From assembly GCA_002269645.1 (NCBI GenBank), contig NIVC01003355.1, forward strand, positions 38,621 through 102,620: a DNA stretch of 64,000 bases, written 5' to 3'. Below the pieces are notes generated by a model that saw only the letters and a program-made list of their open reading frames with translations, was not told where the DNA came from and searched no databases. Positions 36,481 through 50,354 of the stretch are shown here, in pieces. The position numbers and the translations under genes are program-made. Source of the stretch: Macrostomum lignano (Eukaryota). Positions within the stretch are counted from its first letter, which is position 1. Each line of letters starts with the position of its first letter.

Positions 36481-37322
36481 AATGTAACCGAAGTTGTTTC
36501 ATGTAATTCAAATGCCTCAAAGGTTTTGCAGCACTATCAGAAAATAACCGAAGTTGTTTCATGTAATTCAAATGCCTCAAAGGTTTTGCAGCACTATCAG
36601 AAAATAACCGAAGTTGTTTCATGTAATTCAAATGCCTCAAAGGTTTTGCAGCACTATCAGAAAATAACCGAAGTTGTTTCATGTAATTCAAATGCCTCAA
36701 AGGTTTTGCAGCACTATCAGAAAATAACCGAAGTTGTTTCATGTAATTCAAATGCCTCAAAGGTTTTGCAGCACTATCAGAAAATAACCGAAGTTGTTTC
36801 ATGTAATTCAAATGCCTCAAAGGTTTTGCAGCACTATTAGAAAATAACCGAAGTTGTTTCATGTAATTCAAATGCCTCAAAGGTTTTGCAGCACTATTAG
36901 AAAATAACCGAAGTTGTTTCATGTAATTCAAATGCCTCAAAGGTTTTGCAGCACTATTAGAAAATAACCGAAGTTGTTTCATGTAATTCAAATGCCTCAA
37001 AGGTTTTGCAGCACTATTAGAAAATAACCGAAGTTGTTTCATGTAATTCAAATGCCTCAAAGGTTTTGCAGCACTATTAGAAAATAACCGAAGTTGTTTC
37101 ATGTAATTCAAATGCCTCAAAGGTTTTGCAGCACTATTAGAAAATAACCGAAGTTGTTTCATGTAATTCAAATGCCTCAAAGGTTTTGCAGCACTATCAG
37201 AAAATAACCGAAGTTGTTTCATGTAATTCAAATGCCTCAAAGGTTTTGCAGCACTATTAGAAAATAACCGAAGTTGTTTCATGTAATTCAAATGCCTCAA
37301 AGGTTTTGCAGCACTATTAGAA
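36481..37322. repeat. 60-bp tandem array, 14 copies differing essentially at one site (TCAG/TTAG)
   Basis: The 60-nt sequence lines stack identically. Confidence 0.98.
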
Positions 37323-38257
37323 AAATATTTTGCTACCAAAGAATGGGAAGAGTAAATTTCCCAGAACGCACAGTTCAAGCTTAGCCAAGTACTTAACGAT
37401 TCGTTAGGGAGTCTCGAGGACTCGTGACAGAATTCTAATTCCTTTCCAGTTTCCTTCTGATACGCTGTTAGCTCAGCGTTGTGATTATGCGTGAGAGTCC
37501 ACCCAGCTGGGGGTTACCCTTGGACGGGAAATTAATAAATTCTCCTACATACTTATCATTGCTACTGTTTAGTACTTATCTGTGCAATATGACTGCGCAT
37601 GTCCTGCTTTGGATATCATTTCTGTGCAATTTAACATGTCTAGCAAGTCTTTATATTATGTATAGTCATATCTTATTCACACATTCACCCATTAGACATT
37701 CACTAATTCACCTATTCACACATTCACCCCTTCACCAATCCAGTAAACACATCAGTATCATGTCCCGATAGTGCGAGTGTCCATAAATGAATTTTTTCTG
37801 TCCAAAGAAAGAATTTATGCATTCGGACTGCTTTACACCCAGGCTGAAGGTGTCAAGCCAAACTCCATAGCTGATAGAAATATTATACGAATGTCAGCGT
37901 AGCACAAGCAGGGGGCCAGGCCACCAGCTGCAAGCAGACGAATTAGCATAAAATTATAAACACGCATGAGCTTCACAGATCTGTATAGAGGGTTTAATTC
38001 TCTATTCCTCTCACTCTCTCTCTCTCTCTCTCTCTCTACTAGCATTGAAATTCTCTCGAATGCGAGAATTCGAATCTCATAATGACATTCCTTTTCTTCC
38101 CATCAGACCGCACGGGATGCTATAGCTGGCTAGCAATAATAATAGTCGTAACAATATAATATTAAAATGAATATTTACCTTTCTAACTATCAGAATTTCG
38201 AGAAATCCTCAATATTTTTGTTGATATCTGAGCCTCAAGCCTTTACAACCTTAGTAT

Positions 38258-40285
38258 AAAGGGGATGTCAACTTAAGCACCAGAATGGAGCCCGAAGTTC
38301 AGCTCCGGACCAAACCGACTGCAATCGATAACTTGTCGGCCCAGACGACTAGAATCGCCGAGACATCCCATCCGGCTCCCTTCCTTGGGGTCCCAGGGGA
38401 TAAAGGGGATAAAATGGGGATCTCATGTCAACTTAAGGCTCTGGAATGGAGCCCGAAGTTCAGCTGCGGACCAAACCGACTGAAATCGACAACTTGTCGG
38501 CCCAGACGACTAGAATCGCCGAGACATCCCATCCGGCTCCCTTCCTTGGGGTCCCAGGGGATAAAATGGGGATCTCATGCCAACTTAAGGCTCTGGAATG
38601 GAGCCCGAAGTTCAGCTCCGGCCCAAACCGACTGAAATCGACAACTTGTCGGCCCAGACGACTAGAATCGCCGAGACATCCCATCCGGCTCCCTTCCTTG
38701 GGGTCCCAGGCGATAAAGGGGATAAAATGGGGATCTCATGTCAACTTAAGGCTCTGGAATGGAGCCCGAAGTTCAGCTGCGGACCAAACCGACTGCAATC
38801 GATAACTTGTCGGCCCAGACGACTAGAATCGCAGAGACATCCGCTGTGCCACTATGTTCCGCTATGTGCTGCTTTGCTGCCATTAAGCAGGACTAATGTG
38901 TTAACGAGAGGCACAAACCGTATCAGTGGCTGCCGTCAGCCGGCTTTAGTGAGCCCAGCCGATTAGACGTTGTTATCGAGACCTCGATGGCAAAGTACAA
39001 CCGGGCGCATCCAGGTTTTGAATCATTTAAACAGCTTCCACCGTCATGGACAGGGCTATTGTTGTTCGAATTCGGTCAGAATTTCATGCGCCGAGTGTTC
39101 TTGTCCAACGAACTGGACGAAATTGAGCAGCTGCACTTCAACTGTGATCTGAAGCGTGTTCCCCTGCTAACACAAGGGCATGGATTGCTGTCAACCCGCT
39201 GGATCCAAAAAGCTCGGGGTTCCCCCGAATTCACACAGAGAATTTGTCAGAGGTTTCGGTGGGTCCGTATCAACTAAATCAAGCCGATGATTACATTCAA
39301 AACATTCGTGTCAAGGAGGTTCTCGGTAGCTACGAAGGTGACTCCTGGAGAGACTTTGAGTTACACATCCGAGCCGCCGGGAGTGTTGGAAGTTTCGGCA
39401 AGAGACGCCGCTAGAAAACTGGAGCAACCTATTCGGTCGGTGGCATCCGTCTTGATTTTTCTAGCTGTCGTTTTCTCGCGCCATAATTCGAAATCCTACC
39501 GCGTGATTCTTAGAGTGTGTGACAGCAGCGGACAATCGCTTTGGTTTTAGAGATCCAGGATTGCAACTTCTTCATGGCTACTACTCATCAGCAAAAGCTG
39601 GAAGTAGGACTGCAGGCCGCCATTGTCATGTAATGGCAGTGCTCGAACTCCTGGGCTGCTACGCTTACCACCAAGATAGCTATCGAAGGTCTGGTGCCAG
39701 CCTTCGCTTTGTTGATTCCGCTCTTCCACGCAGCCTTGTTGCCAGACTTTATGCCAGAGAAAATGCTTTACCACAGCAGCGGAAGCCTACTGAGCAACAG
39801 TCTAGCGGCCAGCAAGAGAAGTTTCAGTCACCCCAAGGAAGGGAGCCGGATGGGATGTCTCGGCGATTCTAGTCGTCTGGGCCGACAAGTTGTCGATTTC
39901 AGTCGGTTTGGTCCGCAGCTGAACTTCGGGCTCCATTCCAGAGCCTTAAGTTGACATGAGATCCCCATTTTATCCCCTTTATCCCCTGGGACCCCAAGGA
40001 AGGGAGCCGGATGGGATGTCTCGGCGATTCTAGTCGTCTGGGCCGACAAGTTATCGATTTCAGTCGGTTTGGTCCGCAGCTGAACTTCGGGCTCCATTCC
40101 AGAGCCTTAAGTTGACATGAGATTCCCATTTTATCCCCTTTATCCCCTGGGACCCCAAGGAAGGGAGCCGGATGGGATGTCTCGGCGATTCTAGTCGTCT
40201 GGGCCGACAAGTTATCGATTTCAGTCGGTTTGGTCCGCAGCTGAACTTCGGGCTCCATTCTGGTGCTTAAGTTGACATCCCCTTT
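38258..40285. mobile_element. Foldback-type DNA transposon: long inverted arms built of about 160-bp sub-repeats around a 1-kb core
   Basis: Left arm about 38258-38842 (3.5 units); right arm about 39831-40285 (inverted). Termini AAAGGGGATGTCAACTTAAGCACCAGAATGG and its reverse complement. No TSD found. Confidence 0.85.
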
Positions 40286-40468
40286 TTTTGCAGAAAGCTT
40301 ATCATTTTTTTATTGTAAGTCCACCATTTATTGGTCTGAATATTTAGGCTTGTATTGATACGAAAATATTAATAATCCTTGTTATTAATTGACCCAATAT
40401 TATAGCTATATTTAAATGATACATAATTATCGATAAAAATGCCACTTATCGATGAAAGAGACTTGTAA

Positions 40469-40609
40469 ATAAATAAAAGTCAATAACAACATGAAGTTTT
40501 AGTTATTTATTTGATTTCGACCCTGAAGATGATTCCAATAGTTGGACAAAATGCATCGGCAACTGAAATAAATAACTAAAACTTCATGTTGATATTGACT
40601 TTTATTTAT
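40469..40609 (+). other. 44-bp inverted repeat enclosing a decayed minimal type I hammerhead ribozyme (Penelope-like pLTR relic)
   Basis: Arms at 40469-40512 and 40566-40609 (1 mismatch). The spacer reads CCTGAAGA-TGATTCCAA-TAG-TTGGA-C-AAAA-TGCA-TC-GG. Confidence 0.6.
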
Positions 40610-40639
40610 CTACTTTTCGTTAAGCGAGCCACTTTACCT

Positions 40640-40915
40640 GAAATAGACTTGATTATCGATAATATAGACTTGATTACCGATGAAATAGACATGATTATCG
40701 ATAAATAGACTTGATTACCGATGAAATAGACATGATTATCGATAAAAAGACCTGATTACCGATGAAATAGACATGATTATCGATAAATAGACCTGATTAC
40801 CGATGAAATAGACTTATTATCGACGATTTAGACCCTGGTTATCGATGGAGTAGACCTGATTATTGATAGAAAACCTCATTATTTATAAAATAGACCTCAT
40901 TATCGATAAAAATCG
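40640..40915. repeat. Degenerate 20-22-bp repeat (AAATAGACTTGATTATCGAT)
   Basis: Direct inspection. Confidence 0.8.
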
Positions 40916-41147
40916 ATAAAATATGCCCAGTAGAATGTAAATACACAATCGCTAATTTTTCAATCACAATCCAACTTCAGACTAAATATTAATTGAGCTT
41001 TATCTGTATAGCAACCGTCTGTACTTAGTTCTGGTAACGATATATCATAAATCGAACTAAATTTAGATTAATATTCTCTTTAGAGCAAGAAGCTATTTCA
41101 TATACCAATCACAATAAATATTCTATCACAGCATATCGAATATCTGT

Positions 41148-42028
41148 ACCTCTCCTCTCCTCTCCTCTCCTCTCCTCTCCTCTCCTCTCCTCTCCTCTCC
41201 TCTCTCCTCTCCTCTCCTCTCCTCTCCTCTCCTCTCCTCTCCTCTCCTCTCCTCTCTCTCTCCTCTCCTCTCCTCTCCTCTCTCTCTCCTCTCCTCTCCT
41301 CTCCTCTCTCTCTCCTCTCCTCTCCTCTCCTCTCCTCTCCTCTCCTCTCCTCTCCTCTCCTCTCCTCTCCTCTCCTCTCCTCTCCTCTCCTCTCCTCTCC
41401 TCTCCTCTCTCCTCTCCTCTCTCCTCTCTCCTCTGCTCTCCTCTCCTCTCCTCTCTCCTCTCTCCTCTCCTCTCCTCTCCTCTCCTCTCCTCTCTCCTCT
41501 CCTCTCTCCTCTCTCCTCTCCTCTCCTCTCCTCTCCTCTCCTCTCCTCTCCTCTCCTCTCCTCTCTCCTCTCCTCTCTCCTCTCTCCTCTCCTCTCCTCT
41601 CCTCTCCTCTCCTCTCCTCTCCTCTCCTCTCCTCTCCTCTCCTCTCTCCTCTCCTCTCCTCTCCTCTCCTCTCTCCTCTCCTCTCTCCTCTCTCCTCTCC
41701 TCTCCTCTCCTCTCCTCTCCTCTCCTCTCCTCTCCTCTCCTCTCCTCTCCTCTCCTCTCCTCTCCTCTCCTCTCTCCTCTCCTCTCCTCTCCTCTCCTCT
41801 CCTCTCCTCTCTCTCTCTCCTCTCCTCTCCTCTCCTCTCTCCTCTCCTCTCTCCTCTCTCTCTCCTCTCCTCTCCTCTCCTCTCCTCTCCTCTCCTCTCC
41901 TCTCCTCTCCTCTCCTCTCCTCTCCTCTCCTCTCCTCTCCTCTCCTCTCCTCTCCTCTCCTCTCCTCTCTCCTCTCCTCTCCTCTCTCCTCTCCTCTCCT
42001 CTCCTCTCCTCTCCTCTCCTCTCCTCTC
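41148..42028. repeat. (CTCCT)n/(CT)n microsatellite
   Basis: Direct inspection. Confidence 0.97.
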
Positions 42029-42527
42029 TGCCCAGTCATCTATCAGCTCCGCCCCAACAGCAAAAGTGATATTCAACAAAGCTTTCGACTCAGCCCAGTG
42101 CACTATAATTTTTCCCTTGAGACCCGCTTTCTACCGTCCTGAACGCCCACTCAGTTCATACCGTATTCCCCTTCGTTCCCTTTTCTCCCTTGCATAACTC
42201 GTTACCTTTTTATCTATTCTCGTGGCCTCTCAGTCCAGGAACTTTGAGTAAAGGAACTTTTCCTTTAATAATCTAATAATCATATCTGACTAACTAACCC
42301 ATTATGATTGCTAATATAGCAATTCGATGTTAGGAACTTTCGGAGTCTGGTGACAGACAGCCTTTCAACATTCGATGGATGTCCCTGTCTCAATCGAGAG
42401 AAGTTTATGCCTATAATCACATGCTTATTGAATGTAGAGGTTATATATTTATTTAGTAATTAAGTTAGTTAGTCAGTTAGTCAGTTAGTTGGTTAGTTAG
42501 TTATTTAGTTAGTCAGTTAGTTAGTTA

Positions 42528-43493
42528 CTTCGGGTGTGTCATAAGTAATGTCACTGATGTGAAAACAGACGAACATGCAATCGCAGATGAACAAAACTGT
42601 ACCACTCAACAACATAGAGTCCCCCAATATCAATCACCCTCTGTCAGTGCTTTACAGCTTGTCCACCTCAGCCTGCAGGTGTTTTTCCTCCAACTGCCAT
42701 AACCAGTGCAACGCAGCCTGTTTGACCTCTTCATGGTTTGCAACTCTTCTTGGAAAAGTCAGCCTTCAGCCATTTGAACAGGAATCTCTTGCAAAAGTTG
42801 AAGTCTGGGCTGTAGGGACTGTCAGAGCATATTCACTCGCCGTGCAGGCAGAAAATTCGAAACAGCCTTCAGGTGCGCAGCCGTGCGGTGTCCATCTGCC
42901 ACAGAACCTCGTCCAGGTGACATGGATTTGACCGGAGAGTGCACCAGAGGTCTCCAGTGTGCCGGAAAAAGTCGATAAAGTACTGGCCATTGACCTTGAT
43001 GTTCGGTGGAGTTGTGCAGATGGAGACTCGTTTGTTTGGCGTGAAGGCTACCAGCAGCATGGTCTTCTTGTCCGAGATGGACTTCCTAGTCACCATCGGC
43101 CTGGAGTCCTCAGCTCCCAACCAGCAGCGATTGTCTGCCTTGCTGCCCTTGCCATCCAGGTGGAGCCAGCTTTCATCCTCAGCAACCAGGCAGTTTAGGA
43201 TGTCATTCAAGCCCCGCCTGCTGAACACCTTGCGAATCTGCTTGATGCAGGCGTCTTGTCGAGATTCATGGTGATTTTTGTTCGCTGCATGGACGATTTT
43301 TCATCGCGTTGCACTTGTTAAATCTGCTTGGCGTATTCTTGCGATAGCTTGGGCCATAAACAACCTATGCACGTCTGAAATGCGCTGCTATTGCTTCACT
43401 AAGTATACTTTGCAGCTACACTACCAACAAGTCCATGTGCCTACATATTTTAGACAGAGGCCTGCAGTGACATTACTTATGACACACCCGAAG
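42528..43493 (-). mobile_element. 966-bp defective mariner-like element
   Basis: Perfect 29-bp TIRs CTTCGGGTGTGTCATAAGTAATGTCACTG at 42528-42556 and 43465-43493; TA on both flanks; decayed transposase motifs AEDESW, WQMDTAR and QSPYSPDFN. Confidence 0.93.
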
Positions 43494-43817
<324 letters not shown>

Positions 43818-44454
43818 AACACTGATTAAATTACATTTTTTCAGTGTCTGTTTAATTGCCGATATGTATCGAAAAAATACTTTATCTGTAGTGTGACGGT
43901 TTAAAATAGATCTCAATAGAATGTACTAATTAGACCTGTTTCATAAATTTCAAACGATAGCATTATTTCTTGGCAATGGTGTAGTAAATAAATAAAACAT
44001 TCATTTCGTTGAAATATTTCAGCATTTTGTCTCCACCAGAATGCTGGCACTTCAAATCCACCGCCTCATAGAGTGCCATGCCAATATATTGAGAAATTGA
44101 TTCTGACACCCGCTGTTGGGCTCTTGATAAAGCCTCTCTAAAATACGGCCTAGTAGCTGGCACCCGTCACCCCCTCCCTCAGGATTTTAGCTCTCATCGC
44201 GAATATAAATTGCCCACACCTGCTCTAAGTATTGAATGCGAGTGAGATGATATGCTACATTGCTGCTTCAGTTTTCTAGCCAGCACACCTCATGGCCCCT
44301 GCTTAAAAAGACAGGATTAGTGATAGACAGGACTTCTTAGGGGGTGCTGTCTTGGATACAGTTGGCTCCAGATCGGCTTGGAAATCTTTCAGAGTGTGGA
44401 GAAGCAGCTGGGAATGACAACAGCAGACTGCATCTTTTGTTGTTGTTTTTTTAA

Positions 44455-45548
44455 AGCCCCTGGTGCTAAAGCCCCTGGTGCTAAAGTCACTGGTGCTAAA
44501 GCCCCTGTTGCTAAAACCCCTGGTGCTAAACCCCTGGTGCTAAAGCCTTTGGTGCTAAAGCCTCTGGTGCTAAAACCCCTGGTGCTAAAGCCCCTGGTGC
44601 TAAAGTCACTGGTGCTAAAGCCCCTGTAGCTAAAGCCCCTGGTGCTAAATCCTCTGGTGCTAAAGCCCCTGGTCCTAAAGCCCCTGTTGCTAAAACCCCT
44701 GGTGCTAAAGTCACTGGTGCTAAAGCCCCTGTTGCTAAAGCCCCTGGTGCTAAAGCCCCTGGTGCTAAAGCCCCTGTTGCTAAAGCCCCTGGTGCTAAAG
44801 CCCCTGTTGCTAAAGCCCCTGGTGCTGAAGCCCCTGGTGCTAAAGCCCCTGTTGCTAAAGCTCCTGGTGCTAAAGCCCCTGGTGCTAAATCCACTGGTAC
44901 TAAAGCCCCTGGTGCTAAAGCCCCTGGTGTTAAAGCCCCTGTTGTTAAAGCCCCTGGTGCTGAAGCCCCTGGAGCTAAAGCCCCTGGTGCTGAAGCCCCT
45001 GGAGCTAAAGCCCCTGGTGCTGAAGCCTCTGGAGCTAAAGCCCCTGGGGCTAAAACCCCTGGTGCTAAAGCCTCTGGTGCTAAAGCCCCTGGTGCTAAAG
45101 CCCTTGTTGCTAAAGCCCCTGTTGCTAAAGCCCCTGTTGCTAAAGCCCCTGTTGCTAAAGCCCCTGGTGCTGAAGCCCCTGTTGCTAAAGCCCCTGGTGC
45201 TAGAGCCCCTGGTGCTAAAGCCCCTGGTGCTAAAGCCCCTGTTGCTAAAGCCCCTGTTGCTAAAGCCCCTGTTGCTAAAGCCTCTGGAGCTAAAGCCCCT
45301 GGTGCTAAAACCCCTGGTGCTAAAGCCTCTGGTGCTAAAGCCCCTGTTGCTAAAGCCCCTGTTGCTAAAGCCCCTGTTGCTAAAGCCCCTGGTGCTGAAG
45401 CCCCTGTTGCTAAAGCCCCTAGTGCTAAAGCCTCTGGTGCTAAAGCCCCTGGTGCTAAAGCCCCTGGTGCTAAAGCCCCTGGTGCTAAAGCCCCTGGTGC
45501 TAAAGCCCCTGGTGCTAAAGCCCCTGGTGCTAAAGCCCCTGGTGCTAG
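44455..45548. repeat. 15-bp minisatellite (GCCCCTGGTGCTAAA), heterogeneous; reverse complement of 7716-8177
   Basis: Direct inspection. Confidence 0.96.
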
Positions 45549-46139
45549 CTTGCAAGCGAAGAAGTCTGATAGAGGAGCGAAAATTGCTCGGGTATTGATT
45601 GGTCGATCATAGGGTGAGCTACAAGCCCATAGTAACTATTTCGTTATAAATGTTATCAGTAAACCGCTACAGTTAGCAATATCTCTCAGGGATATCCCCT
45701 GCCTAATCGCAGCTGTACTCAGCCGCTAATGCATAATTGAAGGTTAGGCTGACCCGGGACAAGCCGCTATAGTAAGAATAAGTCTGCTGTGCCATAGCAG
45801 CATCAAATATGCACAGAGTAAAGCTTCAAGAGCACAAGTGCTTGCCACTGACGCGAGACAATCAAATTTGGGACCAAGGGGCAGGGCCGAGGCCTCAAGG
45901 TAGGATAAATATTTGGGAGCCACTGTGGGGCACTTTGCGCTAACCATTGAATCTCTTGGAATAACAAAGAGGTTCTTTACATTCTGTCTTTTGCCCGCAG
46001 TCTAGTTTATCGTGCAGCATTGTAGAACTCTGCTATGATGTTTTTACAGTCTTCGCGTTTGGACAATAAAACTGCTTGACCTTTGTGCATCCGGCAGCTT
46101 CGCTAATTCTGTCTAACCTCACTACAGCTGATGTGCGAG

Positions 46140-47265
46140 AGTGACAAGGGTGAGAGTGACGAGGGTGAGAGTGACGAGGGTGAGAGTGACGAGGGTGAGA
46201 GTGACGGGGTGAGAGTGATGAGGGTGAGAGTGATGAGGGTGAGAGTGACGGGGGTGAGAGTGATGAGGGTGAAAGTGACGAGGGTGAGAGTGATGAGGGT
46301 GAGAGTGATGAGGGTGAGAGCGACGAGGGTGAGAGCGACGAGGGTGAGAGCGACGAGGGTGAGAGTGACGGGGTGAGAGTGACGAGGGTGGGAGTGACGA
46401 GGGTGAGAGTGACGAGGGTGAGAGTGACGAGGGTGAGAGTGACGGGGTGAGAGTGATGAGGGTGAGAGCGACGAGGGTGAGAGCGACGAGGGTGAGAGCG
46501 ACGAGGGTGAGAGCGACGAGGGTGAGAGTGACGGGGTGAGAGTGACGAGGGTGGGAGTGACGAGGGTGAAAGTGACGGGGGTGAGAGTGACGGGAGTGAG
46601 AGTGACGAGGGTGAGAGTGATGAGGGTGAGAGTGACGAGGGTGAGAGTGACGAGGGTGAGAGTGACAAGGGTGGGAGTGACGAGGGTGAAAGTGATGAGG
46701 GTGAGGGTGACGAGGGTGAGAGTGACGAGAGTGAGTGTGACGAGAGTGAGAGTGACGGGGGTGAGAGTGATGAGGGTGAGAGTGATGAGGGTGAGAGTGA
46801 CGAGGGTGAGAGTGACGAGGGTGAGAGTGACGAGGGTGAGAGTGACGAGGGTGAGAGTGATGAGGGTGAGGGTGACGAGGGTGAGAGTGACGAGAGTGAG
46901 AGTGCCGAGGGTGAGTGTGACGAGAGTGAGAGTGACGGGGGTGAGAGTGACGGGGGTGAGAGTGACGAGGGTGAGAGTGACGAGGGTGAGAGTGACGAGG
47001 GTGAGAGTGACGAGGGTGAGAGTGATGAGGGTGAGGGTGACGAGGGTGAGAGTGACGAGAGTGAGAGTGCCGAGGGTGAGTGTGACGAGAGTGAGAGTGA
47101 CGGGAGTGAGAGTGACGGGGTGAGAGTGACGGGGGTGAGAGTGATGAGGGTGAGAGTGGCGAGGGTGAGAGTGACGAGGGCGAGAGTGACGAGGGTGAGA
47201 GTCACCGGTGTGTGAATTACGGGATGAGAGTTACCGGGATGAGAGTTACCGGGATGAGAGTGAAG
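46140..47265. repeat. 15-bp minisatellite (GAGGGTGAGAGTGAC)
   Basis: Direct inspection. Confidence 0.95.
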
Positions 47266-47959
47266 GTGTGACAACAAGAGATTGCGGAGTGGACATAGAG
47301 GTGTGAGCTGAGATCGGCGTTGAGCTCTTTAAAAATATCAAACATCTAATTGGGTAAGAAAGTTCGTTTCTTCAAAATCACATAAAAATATTATTATGTT
47401 TAAAAATAAAAATTCCCATACACCTAGGCTTGCGAGTTGTTAGTGAGTACGTGTTTTCATCTCTAGAAGCCACTTCTCACTCCCCTTCTGATTCTCGGTT
47501 CCGCCTTCCCGTTCGGACATTTCCCATATTCTGTTGCGAGGAAATTATTTTGAAGGATGATGAGAAAGACGTGACTTTGAGCGGCCCTGTTTTCTTCATC
47601 TCGTCTGCCAGCTGCGTGCTGCCTCCTGTTTGTGACATGCCTTCTCTGAGGCAGCTGACTGTCAGGCACAGGGGGCTTGCTGACAGTTTGGGACTTCCTA
47701 TTTGCCATGGGGTCTCTGCTGTAACACTGTCCCCCACGACACTATTGATTTCAATGCAATTAAACATTGTTCTCGTCCTGTGTATGAGGCAGAGCTTGAG
47801 TTTAAATTATCTCAATGCGAATCGTTAAATTTGAGTTCTTTGTTCGAATTTTCACTTGAATTATTGTGAAGGTTTCGCTAACTTTTTACGATATCTTAAA
47901 TCATTATTCAGTGAACTCTGACACATATATTTCAAAGATTTATGCAGTCCAATAATCGG

Positions 47960-50348
47960 AATTCTATGGTCCCACACACAGACATTTAGATTCGGCATTC
48001 TATAGTCCCACACGCAGACATTTAGATTCGGCATTCTATAGTCCCACACACATTTAGATTCGGCATTCTACAGTCTCACACACAGACATTTAGATTCGGC
48101 ATTCTATAGTCCCACACAGACATTTAGATTCGGCATTCTATAGTCCCACACAGACATTTAGATTCGGCATTCTATAGTCCCACACAGACATTTAGATTCG
48201 GCATTCTATAGTCCCACACAGACATTTAGATTCGGCATTCTATAGTCCCACACAGACATTTAGATTCGGCATTCTATAGTCCCACACAGACATTTAGATT
48301 CGGCATTCTACAGTCTCACACACAGACATTTAGATTCGGCATTCTATAGTCTCATACGCAGACATTTAGATTCGGCATTCTACAGTCCCACACACAGACA
48401 TTTAGATTCGGCATTCTATAGTCCCACACAGACATTTAGATTCGGCATTTTATAGTCCCACACAAACATTTAGATTCGGCATTCTATAGTCCCACACACA
48501 GACATTTAGATTCGGCATTCTATAGTCCACACACATTTAGATTCGGCATTCTATAGTCCCATACACATTTAGATTCGGCATTCTATAGTCCCACACAGAC
48601 ATTTAGATTCGGCATTCTATAGTCCACACACATTTAGATTCGGCATTCTATAGTCCCATACACATTTAGATTCGGCATTCTATAGTCCCACACACACATT
48701 TAGATTCGGCATTCTATAGTCCACACACATTTAGATTCGGCATTCTATAGTCCCATACACATTTAGATTCGGCATTCTATAGTCCCACACAGACATTTAG
48801 ATTCGGCATTCTATAGTCCCACACAGACTTTTAGATTCGGCATTCTATAGTCCCACACAGACTTTTAGATTCGGCATTCTATAGTCCCACACAGACATTT
48901 AGATTCGGCATTCTATAGTCCCACACAGACATTTAGATTCGGCATTCTATAGTCCCACACAGACATTTAGATTCGGCATTCTATAGTCCCACACAGACAT
49001 TTAGATTCGGCATTCTACAGTCCCACACAGACATTTAGATTCGGCATTCTATAGTCCCACACAGACATTTAGATTCGGCATTCTATAGTCCACACACATT
49101 TAGATTCGGCATTCTATAGTCCCATACACATTTAGATTCGGCATTCTATAGTCCCACACACACATTTAGATTCGGCATTCTATAGTCCACACACATTTAG
49201 ATTCGGCATTCTATAGTCCCATACACATTTAGATTCGGCATTCTATAGTCCCACACAGACATTTAGATTCGGCATTCTATAGTCCCACACAGACATTCAG
49301 ATTCGGCATTCTATAGTCCCACACAGACATTTAGATTCGGCATTCTATAGTCCCACACACAGACATTAAGATTCGGCATTCTATAGTCCCACACAGACAT
49401 TTAGATTCGGCATTCTACAGTCCCACACACAGACATTTAGATTCGGCATTCTATAGTCCCACACACAGACATTAAGATTCGGCATTCTATAGTCCCACAC
49501 AGACATTTAGATTCGGCATTCTACAGTCCCACACACAGACATTTAGATTCGGCATTCTATAGTCTCATACGCAGACATTTAGATTCGGCATTCTACAGTC
49601 CCACACACAGACATTTAGATTCGGCATTCTATAGTCCCACACAGACATTTAGATTCGGCATTTTATAGTCCCACACAAACATTTAGATTCGGCATTCTAT
49701 AGTCCCACACACAGACATTTAGATTCGGCATTCTATAGTCCCACACAGACATTTAGATTCGGCATTTTATAGTCCCACACAGACATTTAGATTCGGCATT
49801 CTATAGTCCCACACAGACATTTAGATTCGGCATTCCATAGTCCCACACAGACATTTAGATTCGGCATTCTATAGTCCCACACACAGACATTTAGATTCGG
49901 CATTCTATAGTCCCACACACAGACATTTAGATTCGGCATTCTATAGTCCCACACACAGACATTTAGATTCGGCATTCTATAGTCCCATACACAGACATTA
50001 AGATTCGGCATTCTATAGTCCCACACACAGACATTTAGATTCGGCATTCTATAGTCCCACACACAGACATTAAGATTCGGCATTCTATAGTCCCACACAC
50101 AGACATTTAGATTCGGCATTCTATAGTCCCACACACAGACATTAAGATTCGGCATTCTATAGTCCCACACACAGACATTTAGATTCGGCATTCTATAGTC
50201 CCACACACAGACATTTAGATTCGGCATTCTATAGTCCCACACAGACATTTAGATTCGGCATTCTATAGTCCCACACAGACATTTAGATTCGACATTCTAT
50301 AGTCCCACACAGACATTTAGATTCGGCATTCTATAGTCCCACACACAG
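47960..50348. repeat. 31-33-bp minisatellite (CACACAGACATTTAGATTCGGCATTCTATAGTCC) abutting the DEG/ENaC 5' splice site
   Basis: Direct inspection. Confidence 0.96.
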
Positions 50349-50354
50349 ACTCAC

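Noticed and set aside
36481-37322. CRISPR-like regular array (also the 160-bp units at 38.3-40.3 kb)
   Set aside because: There are no unique spacers and no cas genes, and the context is eukaryotic.
45600-47830. Short ORFs at 45744-45947 and 47430-47828 inside the channel intron
   Set aside because: No recognisable domain and no convincing splice pattern; a nested exon cannot be excluded without RNA data.
50317-50354. C-terminal ESVCGTIECRI of the listed 611-aa ORF
   Set aside because: It is intron and satellite read-through past the GTGAGT donor; the real TM2 continues at 34556.
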